A DNA stretch of 64,000 nt from Hyphomicrobiales bacterium. GTDB taxonomy: Bacteria; Pseudomonadota; Alphaproteobacteria; Rhizobiales; Beijerinckiaceae. The stretch's first letter is position 1, and every line of letters begins with the position of its first letter. The stretch spans positions 4,677-68,676 of the forward strand of contig CANFLM010000005.1 in NCBI GenBank assembly GCA_947447895.1. The letters run 5' to 3'. The translations under genes were made by a program, and so were the position numbers. The notes under the pieces are model-generated. The model worked only from the letters and a program-made list of their open reading frames with translations, made no database searches and was not told where the DNA came from. This document shows, piece by piece, positions 28,111 to 38,705 of this stretch.

Positions 28111-29328
28111 TCAATCCATCCCGCCGAGATGCTCGGCCACTGTGAAAATATCCTTGTCGCCACGCCCGCACATATTAACGATCATCAGATGGTCTTTCGG
28201 CAGTTTCGGGGCGATTTCGCAGACTTTGGCAATCGCATGGGCGGGTTCAAGCGCGGGAATGATTCCTTCCAGCTTCGACAACAGCTGGAACGCCTCGAGA
28301 GCCTCGGTGTCGGTGGCCGAAATATATTGGACGCGACCGATATCATGCAGCCATGAATGTTCGGGACCGATGCCGGGATAATCGAGACCGGCCGAAATCG
28401 AATGCGCTTCGGCAATCTGCCCGTCATCATCCATCAGGAGATAGGTTCGGTTGCCGTGCAACACGCCCGGACGGCCGCCGGTCAGCGAGGCCGCATGTGC
28501 GCCAGAAGACAGGCCGTGGCCTGCCGCTTCGACCCCGTAAATCGCCACATCCTTGTCATCGAGGAAGGGATGGAACAGGCCGATGGCGTTGGAGCCGCCG
28601 CCGATGCAGGCAATGATCGAATTGGGCAGGCGGCCTTCGCGCTCCAGCATCTGCTCGCGCGCCTCGCGGCCGATCACGCACTGGAAATCACGCACCATGG
28701 CGGGATAGGGATGCGGTCCAGCCGCCGTGCCGATGCAATAGAAGGTGTCCTCGACATTGGACACCCAGTCGCGCAGGGCCTCGTTCATCGCATCTTTCAG
28801 GGTCTTGGCCCCAGACACCACCGGCACCACTTCCGCGCCCAGCATTTTCATGCGGAACACATTGGGCTTTTGCCGCTCGACATCGACCGCACCCATATAG
28901 ACGATACATTTCAGCCCGAACCGCGCACAGACCGTGGCGGTTGCCACACCATGCTGGCCCGCACCGGTTTCGGCGATGATGCGGGTCTTGCCCATCCGCA
29001 TGGCCAGCAGGATCTGGCCCATCACATTGTTGATCTTGTGGGCGCCGGTATGGTTCAACTCGTCGCGCTTGAGATAGATTTTCGCGCCACCCAGATGCTC
29101 GGTAAGCCGTTCGGCATAATAAAGCGGGCTGGGACGGCCGACATAATGGGCCAGATAGGACCGCATTTCCTCCTGGAAACCCGGATCGTTCTTGGCCACA
29201 TCATAGGCTTTTTCCAGAGACAGGATCAGCGGCATCAGGGTTTCGGCAACAAACCGTCCGCCAAACAGGCCGAAATGACCGGTTTCGTCAGGACCGTTAC
29301 GGAACGAATTGGGGTTTTGCACAGTCAC
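28111..29328 (-). CDS. trpB: Tryptophan synthase beta chain
   Basis: 405 aa. PLP-lysine motif [11 protein letters not shown]. Confidence 0.95.
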   Translation of the reverse strand: MTVQNPNSFRNGPDETGHFGLFGGRFVAETLMPLILSLEKAYDVAKNDPGFQEEMRSYLAHYVGRPSPLYYAERLTEHLGGAKIYLKRDELNHTGAHKINNVMGQILLAMRMGKTRIIAETGAGQHGVATATVCARFGLKCIVYMGAVDVERQKPNVFRMKMLGAEVVPVVSGAKTLKDAMNEALRDWVSNVEDTFYCIGTAAGPHPYPAMVRDFQCVIGREAREQMLEREGRLPNSIIACIGGGSNAIGLFHPFLDDKDVAIYGVEAAGHGLSSGAHAASLTGGRPGVLHGNRTYLLMDDDGQIAEAHSISAGLDYPGIGPEHSWLHDIGRVQYISATDTEALEAFQLLSKLEGIIPALEPAHAIAKVCEIAPKLPKDHLMIVNMCGRGDKDIFTVAEHLGGMD

Positions 29329-29344
29329 GCTGAACCATCCTTTT

Positions 29345-29995
29345 TCATTGTATCGCCGAATGACGGACCGCCGTCATGAAGGCTTTGATCCGTTCGGGAT
29401 CTTTGATGCCGGGAGCACTTTCCACACCCGAGGACACGTCTACCCCCGCAGCACCGGTCATCGCAAGCGCGTTTGCAACATTACCGGCATCCAGACCGCC
29501 AGAAAGCATGAAATGGTGCTGTTTTCCGGTCTCTTTCAGCAAGGTCCAATCAAAGCTGACGCCATTGCCTCCCGGCAAAACCGCCTGTTTGGGCGGCTTG
29601 GCATCGTACAGCATCCAGTCGACCAGGCTTTCATAAGCACCGGCACGGGTGAGATCATCCTGATCGGCAATACCCACGGCCTTGATCAGCGGCACGCCGA
29701 ACCGCTGTTTGATCTCGCTGATCCGCTCAGGCGTTTCATGCCCGTGCAATTGCAGAAAATCGGGCTGCAAGGCCGCAATGACATCGGCAATCAGTTCATC
29801 CGCAGGATCGACCAGCAAAGCCACTTTTTTGCCGCCTCCTGCCACCACCGGGGCCAACGCCTTGGCCTCATCCAGAGAGACATGACGCGGCGATTTGGGG
29901 AAAAACACAAAGCCGACCCAATCCGCACCGGCCTCTATCGCCGCATGCAGGGTTTCGGGTGTGCGCAATCCGCATATTTTGACCGTCAAATCCAT
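29345..29995 (-). CDS. trpF: Phosphoribosylanthranilate isomerase
   Basis: 216 aa. VKICGL N-terminus. Position upstream of trpB. Confidence 0.9.
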   Translation of the reverse strand: MDLTVKICGLRTPETLHAAIEAGADWVGFVFFPKSPRHVSLDEAKALAPVVAGGGKKVALLVDPADELIADVIAALQPDFLQLHGHETPERISEIKQRFGVPLIKAVGIADQDDLTRAGAYESLVDWMLYDAKPPKQAVLPGGNGVSFDWTLLKETGKQHHFMLSGGLDAGNVANALAMTGAAGVDVSSGVESAPGIKDPERIKAFMTAVRHSAIQ

Positions 29996-30051
29996 TGGTA
30001 TCCATTATAGAGCCGGACAACGCGATAAAACAGCCATGTTTGCAATTTGGC

Positions 30052-31026
30052 CTATGAAAAATCGGCAGGCTGTGACGGGGTGCTGACCGTTTCCCACACC
30101 GCAATGGCCGCCGCCAAATCCTCGATCGCCGTGCCGACCGATTTGAACAGGGTAATCTCCTCGCCGCTCCGGCGGCCCTGATGGCGTTTGGCCGCCAGAT
30201 CGAACAGATCGGCGGCAATATCGGCCTCGCTGATCAGCCCGCTGGCCATCGGCTGGGCGAGGTCACCCGCCTCTTTCAGCGCGCCCGCGCGGGTATCGCA
30301 AAACAGGGTCGCGCGCCGGATCACCTCGTCATCGGTCTCGCGCATCGAGGGCCGGAATGCCCCGACGCAATCGACATGCGTACCGGCCTGCAGCCACTCG
30401 CCTTTGATCAATGGGTCGACCGACAGCGTGGCGCAGGACACCAGATCGGCCTGACGCACCGCCGCTTCCAGATCGGCAACCGCACTGACCGGCAGGCCTT
30501 GCGAGGACAGCTCGGAGGCCAAGGCTTCGGCCCGCTCGAACCGGTGGTTCCAGAGCAGGATTGTTTGATAGGGCCGCACAGCCAGATGGGCGCGGATCAG
30601 GAAAGGCGCCAATGCGCCTGCGCCCACCATCAGCATCGTCTGCGCATCTTGGCGGACCAGCGAGCGGGCCGCCAAAGCCGAGGCGGCCGCCGTGCGCCAC
30701 ACCGTCAGGCGGGCACCGTCCATGGTGGCCAACGGCACACCACTGGAGCCGTCGAGCAAAAGATAGGAGCCAAAAATACTCGGGAGATGGCGGGTGCTGT
30801 TGGCGGGAAACACCGTCACCGTCTTGGTGCCCAGATAGGATTTATTAGCCCCCGCACCGGTCCAAGCCGGCATCAGCAGCAAGGTCGCATCGGCATCGTG
30901 GCGGCTGATGGTGTGGTGGTGGCGCAACGGCACCACCATATCCGAGCAGAAGGCATCGGCCAGCGCATCGATCAGGTGCGGCATCGACAAGGCGGCATCA
31001 ACCCCTGCTGTCGAAATCACTTGCAT
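30052..31026 (-). CDS. Ornithine cyclodeaminase / mu-crystallin family protein
   Basis: 324 aa. Rossmann motif MVGAGALAP and OCD-like layout. Confidence 0.8.
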   Translation of the reverse strand: MQVISTAGVDAALSMPHLIDALADAFCSDMVVPLRHHHTISRHDADATLLLMPAWTGAGANKSYLGTKTVTVFPANSTRHLPSIFGSYLLLDGSSGVPLATMDGARLTVWRTAAASALAARSLVRQDAQTMLMVGAGALAPFLIRAHLAVRPYQTILLWNHRFERAEALASELSSQGLPVSAVADLEAAVRQADLVSCATLSVDPLIKGEWLQAGTHVDCVGAFRPSMRETDDEVIRRATLFCDTRAGALKEAGDLAQPMASGLISEADIAADLFDLAAKRHQGRRSGEEITLFKSVGTAIEDLAAAIAVWETVSTPSQPADFS

Positions 31027-31064
31027 GGGACATACTCCGTATCAGGGAGGGGGATGAAATCCGG

Positions 31065-31394
31065 TTATTTGATCATCGAAATGGCGGAAGCCTCGTCGGA
31101 TAACCGGCGCAACCGCTCGACATCCTGCCGCAAAGTGGCGGCTTCACGCTCGACCCTGCGCGCCCGTTCGCGGATCTTGCGGTGCGCCCACCATGAGCCT
31201 GCACCTCCGAGCACCACACCCAGCAAAGCCGCAATGATCATCACAAGGAACAGCGGCACCGAGACCTGCGCCCAGTTCTCCGTCAGGCCGAAGGGATCGA
31301 GCACCACCGACACATCCGCGCGGTTGGACACAGCAAAAACCAGAAAAACCAGCGCGAAAGGCGCGAACAAAACGCCTTTGATGATGCCCTTCAT
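31065..31394 (-). CDS. lapA: LapA-family (DUF1049) inner membrane protein
   Basis: 109 aa from the ATG at 31394. Two TM segments followed by a coiled-coil tail. Conserved position next to ihfB. Confidence 0.7.
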   Translation of the reverse strand: MKGIIKGVLFAPFALVFLVFAVSNRADVSVVLDPFGLTENWAQVSVPLFLVMIIAALLGVVLGGAGSWWAHRKIRERARRVEREAATLRQDVERLRRLSDEASAISMIK

Positions 31395-31420
31395 GATGCT
31401 GTGCCTTTCACGGCAGGCGG

Positions 31421-31711
31421 TCAACCGTTGCGTGAGCGGTTGATCCGTTCGCGCATTTCCTTACCCGCCCGAAACACGGGCACCATCTTTTCCTCGACCG
31501 GCACATGCACGCCTGTGCGCGGATTGCGGCCGACGCGGGCGTCACGCTGCTTGGTCGAAAAGGCTCCGAAGCCACGGATCTCGACACGATCCCCGCGCGA
31601 GAGCGCATTGCCAATCTCCTCGAGAATGGCATTGACGACATTCTCCGCGTCTCTCTGATAGAGTTCGGGATAGTGGTCAGCGATTTTTTGTACCAGTTCC
31701 GATTTGATCAT
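31421..31711 (-). CDS. ihfB: Integration host factor subunit beta
   Basis: 96 aa. MIKSELV...[21 protein letters not shown]. Confidence 0.95.
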   Translation of the reverse strand: MIKSELVQKIADHYPELYQRDAENVVNAILEEIGNALSRGDRVEIRGFGAFSTKQRDARVGRNPRTGVHVPVEEKMVPVFRAGKEMRERINRSRNG

Positions 31712-31754
31712 GGCCCCAACATCTTCAAAAGAGGTTCATTGATAGAAAAACACT

Positions 31755-32744
31755 TCAGTGATGACTGGCTTCAGGGTGCCAGAGCACCAAAAGCCCGTCA
31801 AGAACAACCGCCTCGCTCCGATTGTCAAGATGGCGGAGCAGCGAACCCATGCCGCTCAACCCCATCACATCCGACAATCCGGCCAAACCTTTGAGCAAAC
31901 CCAGCCGATCCAGATCACGCTCGGGTTTGTATCGCCGTATTTTCAGTCCTTTATCAAGCCCTTTTTCCTGTTCGAGCCAGGAGATCGCATCCTGGTCATC
32001 GCCCAGACGATCGACCAGCTTGAGGGCCAAACCCTGTTTGCCGGTATAGATGCGGCCATCGGATACGGCTTTCACCTCGTCGTCGCTCAAACGGCGGCGC
32101 TCCTGCACCACTTCCTTGAACCAGCCGAACGTATCCATCACCACGGCTTCCAGCGCGGCCTGCGCTTCGGGCGTTGTCACCTCGACCGGGTTGGGAGCGG
32201 CTTTCAGCGGACTTGATTTGACGCCCTCGAATTTAACCCCGAGCGTATCAAGCAATTTGACGACATTGGGATATTGGAACAAAACGCCGATCGAGCCGAC
32301 AATCGCGGTGCGACGAGCAATGATCTGGTCCGCCGACAGGGCCGCGATATAGCCCCCCGAAGCTGCCGTGCCATCGACCACAGCCACCACCGGCATGGTT
32401 TTGGTCAGATCGCGCAAGGCCTGATACAGCGCATCAGAGCCGGTGACAGTTCCGCCCGGGCTGTCGATGACCACCAGAGCGGCTTTGGCCTTGCTGTCCT
32501 TGACCCGCTTGATCATCTCCAGCGTCTCGCGGTCGCCGGTGATCACACCCTTGATGTCGATCCGCGCCACGTGGGCCGTGTGTTCGCCCAATTCTTTCTT
32601 GCCGATGGTCAGCCAGCCCGCGCCGATCACCGCCAATCCCAAAATCACGAAAGCCAGCATGCGCCAACGCGCACGGCTCGATTTCAAATGCCGGCGTTCG
32701 ACCAGAAAATCGACATCGCTCATATCTTGATCCCTGAAAAGCAA
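31755..32744 (-). CDS. sppA: Signal peptide peptidase SppA, 36K type
   Basis: ClpP/crotonase-like serine peptidase S49 sequence (AASGGY). An alternative start lies at 32723. Confidence 0.85.
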   Translation of the reverse strand: MLFRDQDMSDVDFLVERRHLKSSRARWRMLAFVILGLAVIGAGWLTIGKKELGEHTAHVARIDIKGVITGDRETLEMIKRVKDSKAKAALVVIDSPGGTVTGSDALYQALRDLTKTMPVVAVVDGTAASGGYIAALSADQIIARRTAIVGSIGVLFQYPNVVKLLDTLGVKFEGVKSSPLKAAPNPVEVTTPEAQAALEAVVMDTFGWFKEVVQERRRLSDDEVKAVSDGRIYTGKQGLALKLVDRLGDDQDAISWLEQEKGLDKGLKIRRYKPERDLDRLGLLKGLAGLSDVMGLSGMGSLLRHLDNRSEAVVLDGLLVLWHPEASHH

Positions 32745-33009
32745 GTCGGTGAATAAAATGGAGGTCTCTTGGCGACAGAGCTATCATTGCAAACGGACAA
32801 CGGCAACGCGAATTCCGGCATTGTGGTCGAATCCCGGTACGACACAAGCGCAATCATCGCCGCCATGCCAATGATTTCCTGCACTCAGCAGTTGCCACAA
32901 CCCGCGTGGCAAGCTAACCCGTGATCTGCGGTCACGGTGGCGCAAAGCCCCGCCGCTTTGAACAGAACTGGCACAACAGAATTCGCGTAACAGGATTGGA
33001 GATAAACAG

Positions 33010-33360
33010 ATGAGCATCACACGCATTGGCTGTGGCCCCCGCATGAGCAAAGCCGTCATTCACGGACACACCGCCTATCTGGCCGGTCAGGTGGCCAGCA
33101 CCACCAAGGGCGGCAGCGTCCATGACCAGACCGCCGATATTCTGGCGCAGATCGACGCCATTCTGGCCGAAGCCGGCACCGACAAGACCAAGCTGCTGTC
33201 GGCCACCATCTGGCTGACCGATATGAGCACTTTCGGCGAAATGAATGCCGTTTGGGATACGTGGGTCGCAGCCGGCTGCACGCCAGCCCGCGCCACGGTT
33301 GAAGCCAAGCTGGCTGCTCCCGAATACAAGGTCGAAATCGCTGTCATCGCAGCGCGCTAA
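33010..33360 (+). CDS. RidA/YjgF family protein
   Basis: 116 aa. GGAG lies 8 nt upstream of the ATG. Typical C-terminus PARATVEA. Confidence 0.8.
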   Translation: MSITRIGCGPRMSKAVIHGHTAYLAGQVASTTKGGSVHDQTADILAQIDAILAEAGTDKTKLLSATIWLTDMSTFGEMNAVWDTWVAAGCTPARATVEAKLAAPEYKVEIAVIAAR

Positions 33361-33375
33361 CCGGATCTGACCGAG

Positions 33376-34698
33376 TTGGAACATTCAACGACGCTGCTGG
33401 CGCGCCTGCTGTCCCTGCATCCGAAGCTGATCGATCTGTCACTGGATCGCATCACCCGTCTGCTGGGGGCTCTGGGCGATCCGCAGCGTCGTTTGCCCCC
33501 CGTAATCCATGTGGCCGGCACCAATGGCAAGGGATCGACCATCGCCTTCATGCGCGCCATGCTGGAGGCAGCGGGTCTCTCGGTCCATGTCTACACCTCC
33601 CCGCATCTGGTCCACTTCCACGAGCGCATCCGCATCGGCCAGGCGGGTGGCAGCACCATCGTTTCCGAGGCCTTGCTGGCCGATGCTCTGGCGCGCTGCG
33701 AAGCCGCCAATGCGGGCCAGCCGATGACGTTTTTCGAGATGACGACGGCGGCAGCCCTGCTGCTGTTTTCCGAACATCCCTCCGATCTGGTGCTGTTCGA
33801 GGTGGGCTTGGGCGGACGCTTCGATGCCACCAATGTCATCGAGAAAGCGCTTGTGACCGTGATCACGCCGGTCTCGATTGACCATACCGATTTTCTGGGT
33901 TCCGACATCAGGACCATTGCCGCGGAAAAAGGCGGCATCATCAAAGCCCGAACCCCTGTCGTCATTGCCCGGCAGGAGCATGAGGGCAGCGAGGCCGTGC
34001 TGGAGCACATCGCCGAGCGTCTGAACGCGCCGCTGGTCCGCTTCGGGCAGGAATACCACGTGATCGAGGAAAACGGACGGCTGGTCTATCAGGACGAGAC
34101 CGGCCTGCTTGATCTGCCTCTGCCCAAAATGGCCGGAGAGCACCAGCTGATCAATGCGGGCACAGCCATTGCCGCGTTGCGCCGCACCGGTTTCGGCTTG
34201 ACCGACAGCACGATGTTCGAACGCGGGATCACCCAAGCGGATTGGCCCGCCCGCATGCAAAATCTCGGCAAGGGCGTGCTGGCCGCCCAACTGCCCCCCG
34301 ACAGCGAATTATGGCTCGACGGCGGCCATAATCTCGATGGCGGCCGCGTTTTGGCGCAAGCCCTCACCCGTCTGAACACCCGCCATCCCCGACCGCTGGT
34401 GCTGGTTGCCGGCATGCTGGCCACCAAGGATTCGGTCGGGTTTCTGATGAATTTCAAAGATCTGGCGCATCAGGTGTTTGCCGTCGGCATTGCCGGCCAA
34501 ACCGCCAGCCGTCCCGCCCACGAAGTGGCCGACCACGCGCGGCAGGCCGGCTTGTCGGCAAGCCTCGCCGGGACCATCGAGGATGCATTGCAACGGATCA
34601 GCCGACAAGAATGGCCCGTCGCGCCCCGTGTGGTGATTTGCGGCTCGCTCTATCTGGCGGGCGATGCGCTTTCGCGCAACAGGACCCCGCCACAATAG
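33376..34698 (+). CDS. folC: Bifunctional folylpolyglutamate synthase / dihydrofolate synthase
   Basis: 440 aa. P-loop HVAGTNGKGST. Confidence 0.9.
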   Translation: MEHSTTLLARLLSLHPKLIDLSLDRITRLLGALGDPQRRLPPVIHVAGTNGKGSTIAFMRAMLEAAGLSVHVYTSPHLVHFHERIRIGQAGGSTIVSEALLADALARCEAANAGQPMTFFEMTTAAALLLFSEHPSDLVLFEVGLGGRFDATNVIEKALVTVITPVSIDHTDFLGSDIRTIAAEKGGIIKARTPVVIARQEHEGSEAVLEHIAERLNAPLVRFGQEYHVIEENGRLVYQDETGLLDLPLPKMAGEHQLINAGTAIAALRRTGFGLTDSTMFERGITQADWPARMQNLGKGVLAAQLPPDSELWLDGGHNLDGGRVLAQALTRLNTRHPRPLVLVAGMLATKDSVGFLMNFKDLAHQVFAVGIAGQTASRPAHEVADHARQAGLSASLAGTIEDALQRISRQEWPVAPRVVICGSLYLAGDALSRNRTPPQ

Positions 34699-34703
34699 TC
34701 CAT

Positions 34704-34729
34704 AACAAAAAGGGCGCGAAGCTCCCTTT
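34704..34729 (-). terminator. Weak hairpin (aaaggg / cccttt) with flanking A/T tracts between convergent folC and trxA
   Basis: Read directly. On the minus strand the stem is followed by tttttgtt. Confidence 0.45.
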
Positions 34730-34749
34730 CCTGTTGTAGTGACCAGCGG

Positions 34750-35067
34750 TTAGATGCTGGTCGAAATCCACTTCGACAGTTCTGTCTTGGAGGCCGCACC
34801 GACCTTTTGCGAGGCGAGCTGGCCGTTCTTGAAGATCAGCAAAGTCGGGATCGAGCGGATGCCGTATTGGGCGGCAACGGCAGGGTTTTCATCAACATTC
34901 AATTTGACGATTTTGACCTTGCCTTCCATCTCGTGCGAAATTTCGTCGAGAGCGGGGGCAATCATCCGGCAGGGACCGCACCATTCCGCCCAGAAATCAA
35001 CCACGACAGGTTCGGAAGAGTTCAGGACATCGGTTGCAAATGTCGCGTCGGTTGTTTTTTCGGTCAT
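34750..35067 (-). CDS. trxA: Thioredoxin
   Basis: 105 aa from the ATG at 35067. WAEWCGPCR active site. Confidence 0.95.
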   Translation of the reverse strand: MTEKTTDATFATDVLNSSEPVVVDFWAEWCGPCRMIAPALDEISHEMEGKVKIVKLNVDENPAVAAQYGIRSIPTLLIFKNGQLASQKVGAASKTELSKWISTSI

Positions 35068-35198
35068 TGGTCTGTTTCCCTTGCCGGAGTGATTCTTGTC
35101 ATGGCCGGAGGCTAGATGAGTTGAGGCGCGATGAGAAGTCACCCCGTCCAATTATTCGTGTCTATCCCGACACCATGTATGATGCCGGTGGCCCCGCT

Positions 35199-38100
35199 TC
35201 AAGAGAGCGCCTGATCCAGCAGATGTGCGGGCACTTGAAACAGGCTATGGCCTGCCGTGTAAAGCACAAAGGCTTCTACCGGCCTGTCCGGATACAAGGA
35301 CTGCAACAAGGCGCGGTAAAGCGCCAGCTGGACCACATGGCCCGGCTGGATGTCCTCGGCCCGCCCGGGCGGATTGAGGCTGGTCTTGTAGTCGGCCACC
35401 AGAATCCGGTCGGGCAACAGGGCCAGACGGTCGATCTGGCCCGATACCTTTTTCAGGGCACGATCCGGTCCGAAGGGAACCGATCCGGCGATGCTGACTT
35501 CGGCCCGGCTTGTCGGCCCGAACAGCGGTGCAAAACGCGGATCGCCCAGCAAATCCAGACAGCCCGCAATCATGCTCTCCAGACCATCGGCGGGCAGATC
35601 GCTGGCGGCCAGGGCTTTGGCCGACTTTTTGAGATAGAGGCGGGCCGCCTCCGCGCGTTTGTCAGGCGGGCAAGCGGGCAGCATTTCCAGCAGTGTATGC
35701 ACCAGCGTGCCGCGCAACTGGGCCTGTTTCTGCCACGGCGTATCCAGCGGACGGTCGCTGCGGTCAGCGGCATTGAGGGCATGCGATGGCCGCAATGGCG
35801 CGGCAACCTCGTCCTCGCGGACGACATCGCGCCTCAGCCAGTCCGGCACTGTAGCCGTAGCGGACGAGACCTGATCCGGCGGCGCGGACTGGTCGGCCAG
35901 TCCGGCGGCGGGACGCAGATCATGCGGGGCGAACCGCAGGCTGCCGTCCGGTCCCTGCCCTTCGGGCACCGGTTGCAGCTCGTCACCCAACCCGCGCCGG
36001 ATCATCTCGTACCAGCAATCGGGGGAGGGCTTGTTCCTGCCCTGGAAGCCGGTCACATACAGCCGCTCGCGGGCCCGTGTCAGCGCGACATAGAGCAAGC
36101 GCCGGTATTCCTTGAGCTGCAAGGCCGTTGCGGCCTCTTTGGCCAGATTGACCTTGTCGGGATCGGCGTCTTTGGAACGCGCCCACACCGCCAGAGGCGG
36201 CTGGCGCTCGGTATCCAACAGCGGGAACCGTCCGGATTTGGACTGGTCGCGCAAGCTGACCGTATCGGGCAGGAAGACGATCGGTGCCTCAAGCCCCTTG
36301 GCCCCGTGCACGGTCATCACCCGCACTTCGTTGCGTCCGGCTTCCATATCGCGCTTGATCTCGGTTTTCGTGCCTGAAAAAGCCAGAAGAAAGCCCTGCA
36401 GGGATGGCGAATGGTGCATCTCGTAGGATTGGGCGGCATTTAAAAACGCATCAATCGCATCGGCCGCTTCCTCGCCCAGACGCCCCAGCAGGGTCTCGCG
36501 GCCGCGATCGGCAGACAGGACCGAGGCATAAAAGCTGAACGGCCCCTCGCTGACGGCCCGCAACCGCCACTGCTCGAACCGTTCAAACGCCGTGCGGTAG
36601 TCAGGATGGTCACGCAGGGCATGGTAAAGCGAACCGGTGCGATGCGGGGCCAGCAGCAGCAGGTCCGTATCGGACAGACCGAACAGCGGCGATTTCAGCA
36701 AAGCGGCAAAGGTCAGATCGTCATCGGGCAACAAGGTTGCACGCCCCAGAGCCATCAGATCCATCACCGCAATATGGTCGGTCAGCGACAGGCGGTCCGC
36801 ACCGGCCACCGGAACATTGCGGTTTTTCAAGGCGCGGATCATCGCCTCAAAAAAACCGGAGCGTTTGCGTACCAGAATCAGGATATCGCCGGGCATGATG
36901 CGGCGCTGTACCAGCTTGTCATCCGGGCCGATTGCGCTGATCCGCTCGGTGCTTGAAGCCGCACACCATCGGGCAATCTGGCTGGCGATCTGATCGGCAA
37001 CCTGGACCGAAGGCGCCGGCTGGCGTGTCGCTTTGAGCGAGGGCACCCACTCGTCCCCGGCCTCCTCCGCATCGGCCTTGACCATGGGCCAGATGTCGAC
37101 AAATCCGGGCAGGTCACCGCGTCGTGCCTGATGCACCGGTGCGACAGAATCGCGCTCCAGCCCGTCATGATGGGCCGGATCGCGGAAGACCCGATCAACC
37201 GCCTGCAGCACCGCACCCGAGGAGCGGAACGACATTTCCAGCTTGATCGGCTTGAAGCCGCCTTTGCCGTCCCTGACCGTGTTCTTGGCCAGAGCCTCGA
37301 AATGGTCGCGGCTTTCGGCAAAGGCGCGAGGATCGGCCCCCTGAAAGCTGTAGATCGACTGTTTGGGGTCGCCCACCGCAAACACCGTGCGATGGGTCTG
37401 GCGGGCGCCTTCACCGGAGAAGAATTCACCTGTCAGGCTTTTGAGAATATCCCATTGCAGCGGGCTGGTGTCTTGCGCCTCGTCAACCAGCAGATGGTCA
37501 ATCCCCTGATCGAGCTTGAACAGCACCCAGGCGGCATCCGAGCGCAACAGAAGCGAATGGGTGCGCTCGATCAGGTCGTCGAAATCCAGCGCGCCGCGTT
37601 GCGCCTTGGCCTGCACATAATGGGCATTGACGGCATCGCTGACCAGCAGAATGGCCCGCGATCGTTCCACCACCTCGACACTTTTCCGCCGTTCGAGCAA
37701 ATTCCCGACCCGCCCGTATTCGCGCAGCAACATGTCATAGAGGGCGGGATGGTTCTTTTGCACCGACTTGGTCATCAGCATGCTTGTTGCCGACATCGAG
37801 CCCGTCTGGCTGGTGAAAATAGCGCAATAGAGTTCCTGTGTCCGCGGCTGCTGCCCCCGGGCGGCCTGCAACCACGAGGCGATTTTATCCGCCATTTTCC
37901 GGTCATTCGGCGAACTCGCCGCAAGGACCTCTTGCAACTGCGGCATGGCGGCGATCACATCGGCATCCGGCCCGATGCGTTGCGTGAGCGCTTCGACCGT
38001 ATCGCCGGGCCCCAGCAGGAATTCGGTGCGCAAGCGGTCCATCATGGCCTCGATGGCCTGCTCGCCCTGGATTGCCGAACCCAGCCGCGTTTGCAACACC

Positions 38101-38705
38101 ATGGCTTCCTTGATCAGATCGGTCAGATCCCCTTCCGACAACAGATCGGCAATCAGCGCCATGGACCGCGCCAGCACCTGGTCAGGCTGTTTGATCGCCT
38201 CGCGCAGCACAAAGTCGCGCGCTTGAGCCAGCAGCAGAGCCTTCTGGGCATCGTCGAGCACCTCGAAACGGGCCGCGACATTGGCCTCGAACGGGAAGAG
38301 ATGCAGCAATTTCTCGCAAAAAGCGTGGATGGTCTGGATCTTCAACCCGCCGGGCGTTTCGACCGCCTTGGCGAACAATTGCCGCGCCAGTTCAAGACGC
38401 ACCGGAGCGGGGGCCCTGTCCTCGATGCGGACCAGTTCGGCGGCGAGGCTGGCATCGTCCATCACCACCCAGCCCGCCAGCGTGTCGAACACCTTGGTTG
38501 CCATATTGGCGGCAGCGGCCTTCGTATAGGTGAGCGCGAGAATACGGGAGGGCGCGACCCCGTCCAGCAACAGCCGGATCACCCTCTGCACCAGCACATG
38601 GGTCTTGCCCGAACCCGCATTGGCCGAGACCCAGACCGAGAGATCGGGATTGGCCGCTTGCTGCTGGATTCTGGTGGCTTGCTGGATCGGGGTGAGCATG
38701 GTCAT
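35199..38705 (-). CDS. addA: Double-strand break repair helicase AddA (alphaproteobacterial type)
   Basis: 1168 aa. UvrD-type Walker A ANAGSGKTHVL. C-terminal PD-(D/E)XK nuclease region. ATGA overlap with addB. Confidence 0.9.
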   Translation of the reverse strand: MTMLTPIQQATRIQQQAANPDLSVWVSANAGSGKTHVLVQRVIRLLLDGVAPSRILALTYTKAAAANMATKVFDTLAGWVVMDDASLAAELVRIEDRAPAPVRLELARQLFAKAVETPGGLKIQTIHAFCEKLLHLFPFEANVAARFEVLDDAQKALLLAQARDFVLREAIKQPDQVLARSMALIADLLSEGDLTDLIKEAMVLQTRLGSAIQGEQAIEAMMDRLRTEFLLGPGDTVEALTQRIGPDADVIAAMPQLQEVLAASSPNDRKMADKIASWLQAARGQQPRTQELYCAIFTSQTGSMSATSMLMTKSVQKNHPALYDMLLREYGRVGNLLERRKSVEVVERSRAILLVSDAVNAHYVQAKAQRGALDFDDLIERTHSLLLRSDAAWVLFKLDQGIDHLLVDEAQDTSPLQWDILKSLTGEFFSGEGARQTHRTVFAVGDPKQSIYSFQGADPRAFAESRDHFEALAKNTVRDGKGGFKPIKLEMSFRSSGAVLQAVDRVFRDPAHHDGLERDSVAPVHQARRGDLPGFVDIWPMVKADAEEAGDEWVPSLKATRQPAPSVQVADQIASQIARWCAASSTERISAIGPDDKLVQRRIMPGDILILVRKRSGFFEAMIRALKNRNVPVAGADRLSLTDHIAVMDLMALGRATLLPDDDLTFAALLKSPLFGLSDTDLLLLAPHRTGSLYHALRDHPDYRTAFERFEQWRLRAVSEGPFSFYASVLSADRGRETLLGRLGEEAADAIDAFLNAAQSYEMHHSPSLQGFLLAFSGTKTEIKRDMEAGRNEVRVMTVHGAKGLEAPIVFLPDTVSLRDQSKSGRFPLLDTERQPPLAVWARSKDADPDKVNLAKEAATALQLKEYRRLLYVALTRARERLYVTGFQGRNKPSPDCWYEMIRRGLGDELQPVPEGQGPDGSLRFAPHDLRPAAGLADQSAPPDQVSSATATVPDWLRRDVVREDEVAAPLRPSHALNAADRSDRPLDTPWQKQAQLRGTLVHTLLEMLPACPPDKRAEAARLYLKKSAKALAASDLPADGLESMIAGCLDLLGDPRFAPLFGPTSRAEVSIAGSVPFGPDRALKKVSGQIDRLALLPDRILVADYKTSLNPPGRAEDIQPGHVVQLALYRALLQSLYPDRPVEAFVLYTAGHSLFQVPAHLLDQALS

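Noticed and set aside
32825-32835. ggtcgaatccc, resembling a tRNA T-loop (GGTTCGAATCC)
   Set aside because: The flanking sequence does not form a T-stem, acceptor stem or anticodon arm on either strand. No tRNA can be folded around it.
32969-32986. TGGCAC upstream of ridA, resembling a sigma-54 -24 element
   Set aside because: The sequence at the required spacing is AATTC rather than TTGC, so there is no -12 GC element in register.
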